64,000 bases of DNA from Octopus sinensis (GCF_006345805.1 NC_043000.1:12028001-12092000), one strand, 5' to 3'; positions 1 through 11,432 are shown, numbered from the stretch's first letter. The notes: generated by a model from the sequence alone, not told the origin. Translations and numbers: made by a program.

Positions 1-2138
1 AGGAAACTTATTGTAGTGACTGCAAAACTCAAGGTGGACACCAGATAACCAAATAGCACACAATAATATAATGGCAAAATTTATAACATACACAAAAAAT
101 TTACTAAAGGAAAAAGAGAAAAAATACTCAATGAGCAAAAATCAAGAGTGCATGCATGAAAGTGTATACGTCACAAAGTATAGAACCTTCCGCTGTAGGG
201 AGCGGAGGGAAAGCAAAACTCACAGTCAATGAACCTAGGCGAAATTAAATCCAACTTCTCTAAAGGTGGTTGATCCTGCAAAATAGCAGTTAAATCAATT
301 GCTGCAGGAGAGGAAATGGAATTGACAGAAGCTCGCTAGTAACACAAAAGGCAAAAGTGCAAACATGCTGGTGTGATGCGCGACACAGATAATTTTCTGT
401 TATTTACGTGACCAACAGTGGTCTAACAGGGAAAATAATTACGCCTAAACATGGCGCAGCGCATGTGAACATCCGACGTCCTATGAGTCGGGAAAAACTA
501 AGCTACTGCAAACGTGTTGCAAAAAACACGGCAAGTACACGTGCGGAGCAAGAGGCGCATGAAATGCAATAGAGCTTGCCAGACCGAAAAACAGCAATGA
601 ATATGCCAGTGGTTGAGCGATTATATGCCTCGTTCGTACAGGAACAAAGGTATGGCATGCCGGCGCGTTATAATGGACAAACAACCCTCTCTATGTATAC
701 GTGACCGACCTAGGGTCTATAGAAATGAGGGGTGTCCACAAAAGGCAAATTCAGCATGGAAAAAAAACAAGCGAGAAAAGCATGTGTGACGTATGTATGT
801 GAGAGAGAGCATTTATGTGTGTGTACGTGTGTGCGACAGAAATACATACAAGGTGAATGCGAGCAAAATATAAAAAAATACAGCGCATAGAAAAAATGTC
901 TCTCAAGGCTATTCCAGACAAGAATTAATTTACCAGTCTGTAATAGCCTGAAGCACAATAGCAGTTCGTTCTGTAACAGAATGTTGAGATCACAAATGCA
1001 GATGCCGATTGAAAACATATCGTGTAGCGGTTGTGGCTTCAATGCTGTGACAGGTTAACTGGAACAGAAGAAATCTCGTAGATAGTGCTGGGCTGTGAAT
1101 TCTTGGTGTGCTAATGCACAAACGGCAAGTGGACCAAACTTCCGCGAGTTGCTATGTACATCTTGGTGGAGGTCGACGGTGTTGAAAGGCGACGTTGGTG
1201 GTGGAAGGCGACTGTAGTGGACTTGAGACAACATCGTTCTTAGCGATGATGGCGACGAAGATAGCGACGACGTGAAGTAGACAGACGACGATGGTGATGA
1301 CGAAGGCAGAGAAAAAGCATCGATGAATTGATGGCGTTCGTCATCATTTCTGTAGAATAAGAAAAGGGCTCCTTCTATAACGGTCCGAGAGGACGGAAAC
1401 AAATCGTCGAAAGATGAATGCGTAGAGTTAAATCGTGTTCCGACTTCGCTTAAAAAAATGGATTTTTTTTTTGTTGATAAGTGATCTCTGGTTTTAGACC
1501 AGAATCACGTCGGGAGGTCACCAGTGTAACGAACTTCGTGAGTGTGAATATCTTGTCTTGTACTTTCGGGGTACAAGAAAGCAATCACTCACTAGCCGTT
1601 GCTTTAATAATCCAGAATTCTACTAGTCAGAAACAACAAGACGCAGACGTAAAAGATATATATACTACTTTATTCTCTTTCTTGGTAACAGTAACAATAA
1701 GTGTGTTATCTGATGTCCTTGGTTCGGGGCGCGCAAGGCTGAAAGTTAATCGATTGTAATATTTACAATATTCAGCCGCAAAAACCAGAACGGGTTCAAG
1801 ATGGCGTCGAACAGGGAAGTTGAATGTGGTCGGCAACAATTTGGTTAAAGGCATTCGGCCGAATGCTGCTAGAATCAAGTCCTGACGGAGAGAGAATATA
1901 CGTGACCGTTGCCTTCGATAGCCATGTCTCAAAGTCGCCGCTGCTGCTGCTAACGGTCAAACGTTCTACGACCCCCCTGCCTCGCTAACTACCACGTAGG
2001 CAAAAGGGTCGTGCTTCCGGTGGTTCGCACATGCGCGAGAGGGCCCTTCCTTTCTCTGCCTTAGTAAAGGCACCAACACGCGCGAAATACAAATGGACGG
2101 TGCGCGAGCGCGCACCGCTATAGGGCCACTACACAAGT
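1..2138. promoter_or_regulatory. Unique CpG-rich promoter / first-exon-like region of an unidentified gene (probably transcribed on the minus strand)
   Basis: Only long repeat-free, CpG-rich stretch in the window. ETS-like CTTCCGG (2014-2020) sits next to NRF1-like CGCACATGCGCG (2026-2037); YY1-like AAGATGGCG (1798-1806) and AAACATGGCG (447-456); three TACGTGACC copies; candidate minus-strand splice donors. No recognisable protein in its ORFs. Confidence 0.4.
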
Positions 2139-2159
2139 AACTTTCCGGGTGCAATTCCA

Positions 2160-2737
2160 TGGTCATTCATGAATGACCATGGAGTTGCACCCGGAAAGTT
2201 TTCCTCTGAAGCACAAGTCCGGACTAGGTTGTTTATGGAAGGCTAGCAGTCACCCATGCATATCAGCCACCCCTCTCCCCGCCACCCATGTTATCCAAGG
2301 GAAAGGCAAAGGTCGATAGAGGGCGGCGAGCTGGCAGAAACGTTAGCACGCCGGGCGAAATGCGTAGCCGTATTTCGTCTGTCGTTACGTTCTGAGTTCA
2401 AATTCCGCCGAGGTCGACTTTGCCTTTCATCCTTTCGGGGTCGATAAATTAAGTACCAGTTACGCACTGGGGTCGATGTAATTGACTTAATACCTATGTC
2501 TGTCTTTGTTTGTCCCCTCTGTGTTTAGCCCCTTGTGGGTAATAAAGAAAGAAAAAAAGGTCGATAGTGTTTGGGACCCATGATGTCGCAACTCATTTCT
2601 ACAGCTGAGTGAACTGGAGCAACGTAAAAATAAAATGTCTTGTTCAAGAACACAACACACAGTCTGGTAGGGAATCGAACTTACTACCTCATGATTGTGA
2701 GCCCGACGCTCTAATCATTGAGCCATGCGCCTTCACG
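2160..2737 (-). mobile_element. tRNA-derived SINE (family E), split by a nested family-B SINE
   Basis: Minus strand begins GTGAAGGCGCATGGCTCAATGATTAGAGCGTCGGGC...GTTCGATTCC (A/B-box-like head). The body resumes on both sides of the insertion at 2320-2555. Confidence 0.75.
2320..2555 (+). mobile_element. tRNA-derived SINE (family B), monomer with TSD
   Basis: Head GGCGGCGAGCTGGCAGAAACGTTAGC...GAGTTCAAATTCC and an A-rich tail; 12-bp TSD AAAGGTCGATAG at 2308-2319 and 2556-2567; many copies in the window. Confidence 0.9.
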
Positions 2738-2796
2738 TTAATCGTTACGAGTTGTAGTACACATAATGTTTTCAGTGTTATTGTTCATTGTGCATT

Positions 2797-3180
2797 GGAG
2801 GCGCAATGGCCCAGTGGTTAGGGCAGCGGACTCGCGGTCGTAGGATCGCGGTTTCGATTCCCAGACCGGGAGTTGTGAGTGTTTATTGAGCGAAAACACC
2901 TAAAAGCTCCACGAGGCTCCGGCAGGGATGGTGGTGATCCCTGCTGTACTCTTTCACCACAACTTTCTCTCACTCTTTCTTCCTGTTTCTGTTGTACCTG
3001 TGTTTCAAGGGACCGGCCTTGTCACTCTCTGTGTCACGCTGGATATCCCCGAGAACTACGTTAAGGGTACACGTGTCTGTGGAGTGCTCAGCCACTTACA
3101 CGTTAATTTCACGAGCAGGCTATTCCGTTGGTCGGATCAACCGGAACCCTCATCGTCGTAACCGACGGAGTGCTTTCCTT
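2797..3180 (+). mobile_element. tRNA-derived SINE (family A), full length
   Basis: Head GGAGGCGCAATGGCCCAGTGGTTAGGGCAGCGGACTCG...GGTTTCGATTCC; TSD CATTGTGCATTGGAGG at 2786-2801 and 3187-3202; near-identical copies at 6228-6612 and 37048-37430. Confidence 0.9.
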
Positions 3181-3596
3181 CCCTCCCATTGTGCATTGGA
3201 GGTAACTTAATCTCTGAGTGACAACTAAAAAGAGACAGAGTAACAGAGTCTGGGTAAGTAGAGAGTATAAGCAGTGTGTTGTCCCACACGTATAGGTGCT
3301 CTGCATCTCCGTTGGTACCAGAAGGATTAAGAAAGATAGATGTATGCTCTTTGGTAGGTGCCGAATGACCGAAGTGACAGAAAACAATTTAGCTCGTGTA
3401 TTTATATTCTTCGTAACTAAATTTGGTGAAGTCTAAACAAAGGGATTCTTCGTCTATATCATGTTTACTCCGTGAATAATTCAAAAAGGTTTACAATGTC
3501 AGTTTATTCTCATTAATCTCTTGGTGCAAAAGGCTAGAACAGTTGGCCGAGGACTTGTGGGGAAAATGTGGATTAGGTTACGAATCCTCACTCGCT

Positions 3597-3830
3597 ACAT
3601 ACATACATACATACATACATACATACATACATAATACATACATACATACATACATACATACATACATACATGCATGCATGCATACATACATACATACCTA
3701 CATACCTACATACATACATACATACATACATTCATACATACATTCATACATACATACATACATACATACATACATACATTCATACATACATACATACATT
3801 CATACATACATTCATACATACATACATACA

Positions 3831-3864
<34 letters not shown>

Positions 3865-4279
3865 CATATATACATACATACATACATACATACATACATT
3901 CATACATACATACATACATACATACATACATACATACATACATACATACATACATACATACATACATACGTATGTATGTATATTTTCTTTATTTCAGTCA
4001 TTGGACTGCGGCGATGCTGCGGGCTTAAAGTATTTTAGTCAAACATATCGACCTCAGTACTTTTTTTTAAAAAGTCCAGTACTTGTTCTATAGGTTGCTT
4101 TTGCCGAATCGCAAGCTTACGTGGACGTAAAGAAAGGAATAGGTAGTGGTAGGGAAACAAACACAAAGACACTCATTTATGTATGCATACATACATATAT
4201 GTATATATGTATATATGTATATATGTATGTATGTATATATATAATATATATATATTATATATATATATATATATATACT

Positions 4280-4311
<32 letters not shown>

Positions 4312-4314
4312 ACT

Positions 4315-4400
<86 letters not shown>

Positions 4401-4430
4401 TACTTTATATATATATAATATATACTACAT
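3597..4430. repeat. (TACA)n and (TA)n microsatellites flanking a minus-strand family-D SINE tail (~3988-4180)
   Basis: Direct inspection; the tail matches the other family-D copies. Confidence 0.9.
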
Positions 4431-4739
4431 TGTACATGTGATATTTTGTTGTTTTCCCCATATCTACGTGAATAATTTTTGAGTAAGCACTTTCAGGGAG
4501 ATTCTTCTTAAAGTAGTAGAAATGGCTAAAGAAATTTTCTTTTTGGCTGCTATTTCTATAAATTTCGGTATGTGGCAAAGTAAATTATTTTACTGAGCCC
4601 TTAATTATCTAAAGTAATATTTTGAATACGACTTGAATGGTCCTTTTACATACTGAACACTACTTGGTGAAATTAATTAATAACTAATTGATTTTACCCT
4701 TAATTATTGATTATATATATAATATATATATATATACAC

Positions 4740-4910
4740 AAAAAAAACGACGAAAGACGAAGACAAGTTGTGTAGACAACAAACATATGTATTAGTATAA
4801 CGTTTGGGAAGTGAAAAAGTCTTTAATGTTTTGAGCCTACGCTCTTCCACAGAAAGACACAAGGAGAGAAAATAAGGAATATGTAGTGGCTAGCGATCTA
4901 TCATGGCGAA
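4740..4910 (-). mobile_element. Penelope-like pLTR remnant with degenerate hammerhead-like motif (4819-4858)
   Basis: Minus strand GTCTTT-CTGTGGA-A-GAGC-GTAG-GCTC-AAAA-CATT-AAAGAC; homologous copies at 44985-45110 (-) and 45920-46065 (+); lies between dinucleotide arrays. Confidence 0.6.
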
Positions 4911-5105
4911 CATATGCGCGCGCACACACACGCACACACACACACACACACACAAACGCACACACAAACGCACGGACATACAAACACATACTCACACACA
5001 CACGTACACACAGACATACATACATACATACATACATAATATATATATATATATAATATATAAAAACACATCAACACATACATACATACATATTCATATA
5101 TATAT

Positions 5106-5136
<31 letters not shown>

Positions 5137-5160
5137 TATCATATATATATATATATACTT

Positions 5161-5410
5161 GCTTGCTTGCTTTATGCTCTTTCTTCATGGGACTGGGGTT
5201 ATTCCAGTTTAGTGGTCCCAGAGACGTCGTTATGCGTAGAGCCGACCAGGTCCACCAGTGCTCTACAGCGCTGGCTGCCCTCTGCCAGCCCCTTTGCCAG
5301 TTCCTCTGCCTCCAAAGTAATGTCAAGTCTCTAGAGATCTCCCCAATACCGTCCAGCCATCTACTGCGGGCTCTGTCACAAGGTCCCTCCTTTCATCTCG
5401 CAGCTGCTGC
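5161..5410 (-). mobile_element. RTE-like LINE 3' fragment
   Basis: Minus strand reads ..DRARSRWLDGI.., resembling the RTE C-terminal GRPRxRWxD motif, and ends in an (AAGC)n tail. Confidence 0.5.
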
Positions 5411-5604
5411 CTCGAGTGAGAGTAAAGCCGTCTATTACTTAAAGTGTCCTTCCTTTTCTAAGAAAAAAGTGTGCAATTTGAGGGAATTTGGTTTCTATTT
5501 ATAGCAGGTCAGACAACCGCATAGAGATGCCTTGTCGTTTGATCCGCTCTCACGTTATTGAAAGTGGAGGTGGTGCTAGTATTGTTGTTGTTGTTGCTGT
5601 TACC

Positions 5605-6070
5605 GCTGTCTTCTTCTTCCAGTCAGGACTCACGCCATTAGTCACAAAGAATAATCTCTACTCTAAGCTACTAAGAATGCGTATGGCAACTTGAAGATCC
5701 ACCCACCACACGCGAAAGACTGGCGGTTGCACGGGCGCGAAAGCTACGTTGTTATCCTCATTCCGTAAACGGTGGCTTTTAACGGGTGGAGAGCTGAACC
5801 ATCCTGGGGGTACAGAGGATTTGCAATCTAGACTAGGGTCTGAAAGTTTACCACACCATAGTGGGTTACACAATGGTTCCTCTGCTTTGTGGCAGAAATA
5901 GGAAGAAATAGTGAGAGAAAGTTGTGGTGAAAGAGTACAGCGGGGTTCCCCACTACCACCCCGCCGGAGCCTCGTGGAACTTAGCTGTTTTTGCTCAATA
6001 AACACTCACAATGGCCGGTCTGGGAATCGAAACCGCGTTCTTACGACCGCGAGTCCGCTGCCCTAACCAC
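5605..6070 (-). mobile_element. Family-A SINE head joined to an alternative 3' region ending in GAAGAAGAAG
   Basis: 5890-6070 matches the family-A head and body; 5605-5890 is unrelated to the standard family-A tail. Confidence 0.65.
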
Positions 6071-6227
6071 TGGGCCATTGCGCCTCCACTGCTGCTGTTG
6101 TTGTTTTTGATGCCGGAAGTGGTGTTGCTATTTGGCCACAGGTCAACTCTTATCGCGAACACCTCTGTTAAAAAGCGTTCCAGTTGTGACCTTCATGACA
6201 TTTTTTCATTTTTTTTTTCAGACTTCT

Positions 6228-6612
6228 TGGAAGCACTTCGTCGGTTACGACGACAAGGGTTCCGGTTGATCCGAATCAACGGAACAGCCTGCTCGTGAAA
6301 TTAACGCGTAAGTGGCTGAGCACTCCACAGACACGTGCACCCTTAACGTAATTCTCGGGGATATTCAGCGTGACACAGAGAGTGACAAGGCCGGTCCTTT
6401 GAAATACAGCTACAACAGAAACAGGAAGTAAGCGTGAGAGAAAGTTGTGGTGAAAGAGTACAGCAGTGATCACCACCACCCCCTGCCGGAGCGTCGTGGA
6501 GCTTTTAGGTGTTTTCGCTCAATAAACACTCACAACGCCCGGTCTGGGAATCGAAATCGCGTTCTTACGACCGCGAGTCCGCTGCCCTAACCACTGGGCC
6601 ATTGCGCCTCCA
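6228..6612 (-). mobile_element. tRNA-derived SINE (family A), full length
   Basis: Reverse complement of the 2797-3180 element. Confidence 0.9.
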
Positions 6613-6644
6613 CTGCTGCTGTTGTTGTTTTTGATGCCGGAAGT

Positions 6645-6875
6645 GGTGTTGCTATTTGGCCACAGGTCAACCCTTATCGCGAACACCTCTGTTAAAAAGC
6701 GTTCCAGTTGTGACCTTCATTACATTTTTTTTCTTCTTTCAGATAAGTGCATCTAGGACTATATGTATCTGTGACTTCCATACAGTCAAGACATTAAATC
6801 TGCTATTTGAAGAATTGACTAACTATTTCTAGCAGGTCAAATGTCCACGAAGAGCCTTTTCTGTTGGCTCGTGAC
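6645..6875 (-). mobile_element. SINE-like repeat (family C) associated with (CAA)n/(GTT)n tracts
   Basis: Shared blocks CAGGTCA..CCTGATC..TTCCAG..GTGACC and GCTATTTCTAGCAGGTC..GGCTC; other copies at ~5440-5550, 30390-30600 (+), 43700-43900, 63435-63645 and 63760-63962. Confidence 0.65.
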
Positions 6876-6889
6876 TTGTCTCATTTATT

Positions 6890-8358
6890 TTATTGCATTG
6901 TTGTTGCTGTTGTTGTTGTTGTTGTTATTGTTGTTGCTGTTGTTGTTGTTGGTATTGTTGTTGTCTGCATTTCTCAATACCTCCTTCCTTAGCACCCACC
7001 ATACCAACCACCTCCACCCCACCACCACCACCACCACCACCACACAAACTACCACCACCACTACACCACCTCCACCACCACCACAACCAACACCACCACC
7101 ACTACCACCACCACCACCACCACCACCACGTCCACACCACCACCACACCACCACCACCACCACCACCACACCACCACCACCACACCACCACCACCACAAC
7201 CAACACCACCACCACTACCACCACTCATCCCACACCACCACGTCCACCACCCCACCCACCATCACTACCACCACCAACACCACCACCACTACCACCACCA
7301 TCACCACCACCACCACGTCCACCACCAACACCACCACCACTACCACCACCATCAACACCACCACCACGTCCACCACCACCACCACCACCACCATCTCCAA
7401 GAGAATACCATCAACCAGTATCACATTTCACTGAATAATAACGACCGCCACAGAAACACACGCACACGCACACACACACACGCACACGCAAACGCACGGA
7501 TATACATACACACACGCACACACATGTACACACACATACACATGCACACGCATACACATACACACATATATATATATAAACACTTCAACACATACATATT
7601 AAAAACACACACTGACACGCCCACCCAAACAGACACATACACACATACATACACACATACATACACACACACACACACCCACTCGCATACATACACACGC
7701 TCACATACATACACATACACACAAACATATATATATATGTACTTACACACATACATACACACACACGCACCCACTCGCATACATACACACACACGCACCC
7801 ACTCACATACATACACATACACACACACATATATATGTACTTACACACATACATACACACACACACGCACCCACTCGCATACATACACACGCTCACATAC
7901 ATACACATACACACACACATATATAGACACATCAACACATACTATTAAAAACACAAACTGACACACCCACCCAGATAGACACATACACACACATATATAT
8001 ATATGTATATACACACATACATGCACGCACAACACACACACACGCGCGTATACCCTGTACAAAGACATAATTGTTAATAATAACAATATAACAGGAGCCT
8101 GTTCTAATTATTTCTATTGACTTCCTATAACAAAGCTATAAAACACACACAAATACACATGCATACACACACGTACACACATATATAGAACAGTATATGA
8201 GTGGGTGTGATTGTGTGTGGGTATATGTGTATATGTGTGTATGCGTGTTTATATATATATATATGTATATAAATGTACATGTATATGTTCGTGTATGTAT
8301 GTTTGTGTGTGTAAACATATATCATTGTATGTATGCATAGGCATACATATATATATAC

Positions 8359-8435
<77 letters not shown>
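6890..8435. repeat. Compound microsatellite block (GTT)n/(CCA)n/(CA)n/(TA)n
   Basis: Direct inspection. Confidence 0.95.
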
Positions 8436-8440
8436 CTTTG

Positions 8441-9092
8441 ATAGGTTTCGGCCATTATTGGCCCAGGCCATGTCTAACTTAATAGCACCACCTGGTGAAG
8501 TCTTTCAAGTCAGAATTTGGGCGCTATGGCCCACTCAAGTAGAGAGTTATTGTTTACAGAGACATATCCGGGTGTAGGGGGTTTATCCGGGGTTTCTTGA
8601 AGGAATCTGTCCAAAGACTTCTTGAACCCTATAGGGTCAGTTTCTGTTTTAATGTGTTTTGTGTAAGTTTTAAGAGAGCGGGCCAATTGAGGTGAAATAA
8701 TTGTGCCGTATTGTTGTTATGAGATGAGAGTGCGATTTTTTTTTTGGGCGGATGGCACGGGGCCCAAGCCTTGGATGTACCTTAAGGTGATGCCAACATC
8801 ATTTGGGCAATGCTGTGAAATATTTCCACATCATGCAGATGATGTAGCGCTCACGACGACGCTGGAGAGAATAGAGTTTTAGCTTTTCTAGCCGACCCCA
8901 ATAGTCGAGGCTGTCATGCCATCTATCTTTTTTGTGATTGCCCTTTGAGGTGCTTCAACTTTTATGATACCTTGTATTGTGTGGGGAGACCACAGTGGAC
9001 AACAGTATTCAAGGTGGGGTCGGGCAAAAGTGGAGAGAGAAGGATAATGGTGTGGGATATCTCTCGACTGGAAGTTCTGAGAATCCAGGAAC
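8441..9092 (-). mobile_element. CR1-clade LINE, 5'-truncated 3' fragment (pseudogenised RT C-terminus and 3' UTR)
   Basis: RPHLEYCCPLWSPH...QRAITKKIDGM; 3' UTR CAGGTGGTGCTATTAAGTTAGACATGGCC shared with the copy at 10775-10803. Confidence 0.9.
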
Positions 9093-9099
9093 ACATATA

Positions 9100-9131
<32 letters not shown>

Positions 9132-9133
9132 AT

Positions 9134-9223
<90 letters not shown>

Positions 9224-9235
9224 TATATATATATA

Positions 9236-9284
<49 letters not shown>

Positions 9285-9285
<1 letters not shown>

Positions 9286-9505
9286 AGTGAATTGAAGAAA
9301 TGGAGTTGAACGAAGATGAACAGAAATCGTTTTATTGCATTCTACACGTGTTTCGAAAGGCACAATTTACCAAATTCCGATTGAATAAGGAGACCATAAT
9401 GTGTCTTTCTCTTCAGGAAGAAATAGGAAATCCGTTGGAAAAAACAAAAACAGAACAGAGGCGGAGCAAAACAAATCGACCGAGGCTCCTAAGAGCCCAT
9501 GGCCA
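9285..9505 (-). mobile_element. Penelope-like remnant inserted in (TA)n
   Basis: Short non-coding segment between TA arrays carrying a minimal hammerhead with a palindromic stem III, as described for PLE pLTRs. Confidence 0.6.
9340..9419 (-). ncRNA. Type I hammerhead ribozyme (canonical core)
   Basis: Minus strand: TTC-CTGAAGA-GAAAGACACA..loop..TGTGCCTTTC-GAA-ACACGTGT-A-GAA. Core CUGAAGA and GAAA intact, G10.1-C11.1 pair, long stem II (one mismatch), palindromic stem III, GUA site, 3-bp stem I. Confidence 0.75.
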
Positions 9506-9522
9506 TATATATATATATATAT

Positions 9523-10843
9523 ATGAAGATGTACTCAAAGCCTTGGGAACAGGTTCGAACTCTGACGTCATATATCTTGACTTCAGTAAAGCGTTCGACA
9601 GGGTAGACCATAATATCCTACTCTCAAAATTGGCAAACGTTGGAATCCGTGGAATAGTTCTACACTGGATTAAGTATTTCCTGGCGAATAGAACACAACA
9701 TGTAGTTGATGGAGTCCACTAAAAGCCCAGCAAAAGTCACCAGCGGTGTTTCCCCGGGGACTGTTTTAGGTCCGCTACTCTTCATAATTACATAAACGAC
9801 CTTTCCAGTGTCGTACATTACTGCAAAGTGAAAATATTTGCTGATGACACGAAGCTCCAGCAAATCGTCAATGAAGAAGCAGACCGAACTCAACTCCAGT
9901 CTGATCTATATGCTGTGAGTCAATGGGCAGACAGAAACAAATGGAACTGAATGAGGGAAAATTTGAGCTGATGCATTTTGGAAGAAATTCCTCACTAAAA
10001 CAACCATACTCTCTTCTTCAGGGGAACCGCTCACAACCTCAACAATATCAGAGACCTGGTGTATTGTTGATGACGATCTCAGTTGGAGTGCACACATCAA
10101 CAAGAAGATCGATATAGCTCGTAGGATGAGTTCCTGGATCTTAAGAACTTTCCGGTCCAGAGAACAAGGTGTCATCATACCACTTTTCTCCTCCTTTGTA
10201 CGGCCACACCTTGAATACTGCTGTCCACTGTGGTCTCCCCATACAAGACAAAACATCTCCAGGATTGAGTCACCCCAGAGGGCACTCACTAAACGAATTG
10301 AAGGTATGACTGCTCTCGATTATTGGGATCGCCTTAAAGCCTTGAAACTTTACTTCCTCCAGCGTCGCCGTGAGCAGTACATCATTTGTACGATGTGGAG
10401 AATATACCGCCAACTTTGCCCAAACGACCTTAACATTAGCTTCAAGGTTCATCCAAGACTGGGACCACGGGCCATACGTCCCCTGCCCAATTCAAGATCA
10501 CAACATACGTGTACACTGCAACATAATTTCTTTTCCTCAACAGGCCCTGCCCTATTTAACATTGTCCCGAGGGAGATCAAAGAGGAAAAGAATCCCATCA
10601 ACTTTAAACGGAGTCTGGATAGATTCCTTCAAAGAATACCAGATAAGCCACCCATAATTGGATACAACTCACCCAACAAGAACTCACTACTTGAACAAAA
10701 CTTGATACAACTCACCCAACAAGAACTCACTACTTGAACAAAACTTGACTTAAACAGGATTCGAATAATCCTATCAGGTGGTGCTATTAAGTTAGACATG
10801 GCCTAGACCAATCTTTGGTCGAAACATATCTAAGTTATCTAAG
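9523..10843 (+). mobile_element. CR1-clade LINE, 5'-truncated, frameshifted reverse transcriptase
   Basis: DVIYLDFSKAFDRVDH, SGVSPGTVLGPLLF, FADDTKL and RPHLEYCCPLWSP across shifted frames; 3' UTR with (TATCTAAGT)2 end; internal 43-bp tandem duplication at 10661-10746. Confidence 0.95.
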
Positions 10844-11158
10844 TATGCATGTATGTATGTATATATATATATGTATGCATATGTATATATGTATGTGTGT
10901 GCGCGTGCGTGTATATAATATATATATACATAAAATACATGCATGCATACATATATATATGTCAGTGTGTGAGTATGTATATGTATATGTATAAAATGCA
11001 CACATACATACGTATACACATGTATATATAGGCGCAGGTGGTTCTGTGTTCAGTTCCACTGCGTGGCACTTTGGCCGGCCAAGTGTCTTCTGCTATAGCC
11101 TCAGGCTGACCAAAGCCTTGTGAGTGAATTTGGTAGACGGAAACTGGAAGAAGCCCGT

Positions 11159-11232
<74 letters not shown>

Positions 11233-11239
11233 TATATAT

Positions 11240-11432
11240 GTAGGTCCCGGTTGAGTCGGGGTTAAACCACAGTAAATAAGGTACTCAATACATAGCAGAG
11301 TAAATTAATTTATTTTATAGAAGGAGCTTCTACAGGACTAGAACTGTTTCATTCAAATGAAATGCGCTTCCTGATGATTTCATTTGAATGAAACAGTTCT
11401 AGTCCTGTAGAAGCTCCTTCTATATAAATAAA
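11240..11432. mobile_element. Penelope-like pLTR remnant in inverted (palindromic) arrangement
   Basis: Perfect 48-bp inverted repeat 11316-11363 / 11377-11424 with a 13-nt spacer, containing a hammerhead and flanked by (TA)n. Confidence 0.7.
11366..11414 (+). ncRNA. Type I minimal hammerhead ribozyme (U.U at base of stem II)
   Basis: GCTTC-CTGATGA-T-TTC-ATTT-GAA-T-GAA-ACAG-TTCTAGTC-CTGT-A-GAAGC: stem I 5 bp, stem II 3 bp, stem III 4 bp, GUA triplet (predicted cleavage after 11409). Confidence 0.75.

Noticed and set aside
481-2166. Minus-strand ORFs of 66-115 aa in the unique region
   Set aside because: No recognisable domain and mostly non-ATG starts; more consistent with UTR or promoter sequence.
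2797-2875. tRNA gene (also other SINE heads)
   Set aside because: A/B boxes are present but there is no proper acceptor stem, and the sequence continues into a multi-copy SINE body with TSDs.
10126-10737. 203-aa ORF as a host gene
   Set aside because: It is the C-terminus of a truncated CR1 reverse transcriptase.
10796-10826. Hairpin followed by GAAAC in the CR1 3' UTR
   Set aside because: Lacks the CUGANGA box; better explained as the LINE 3' recognition stem-loop.
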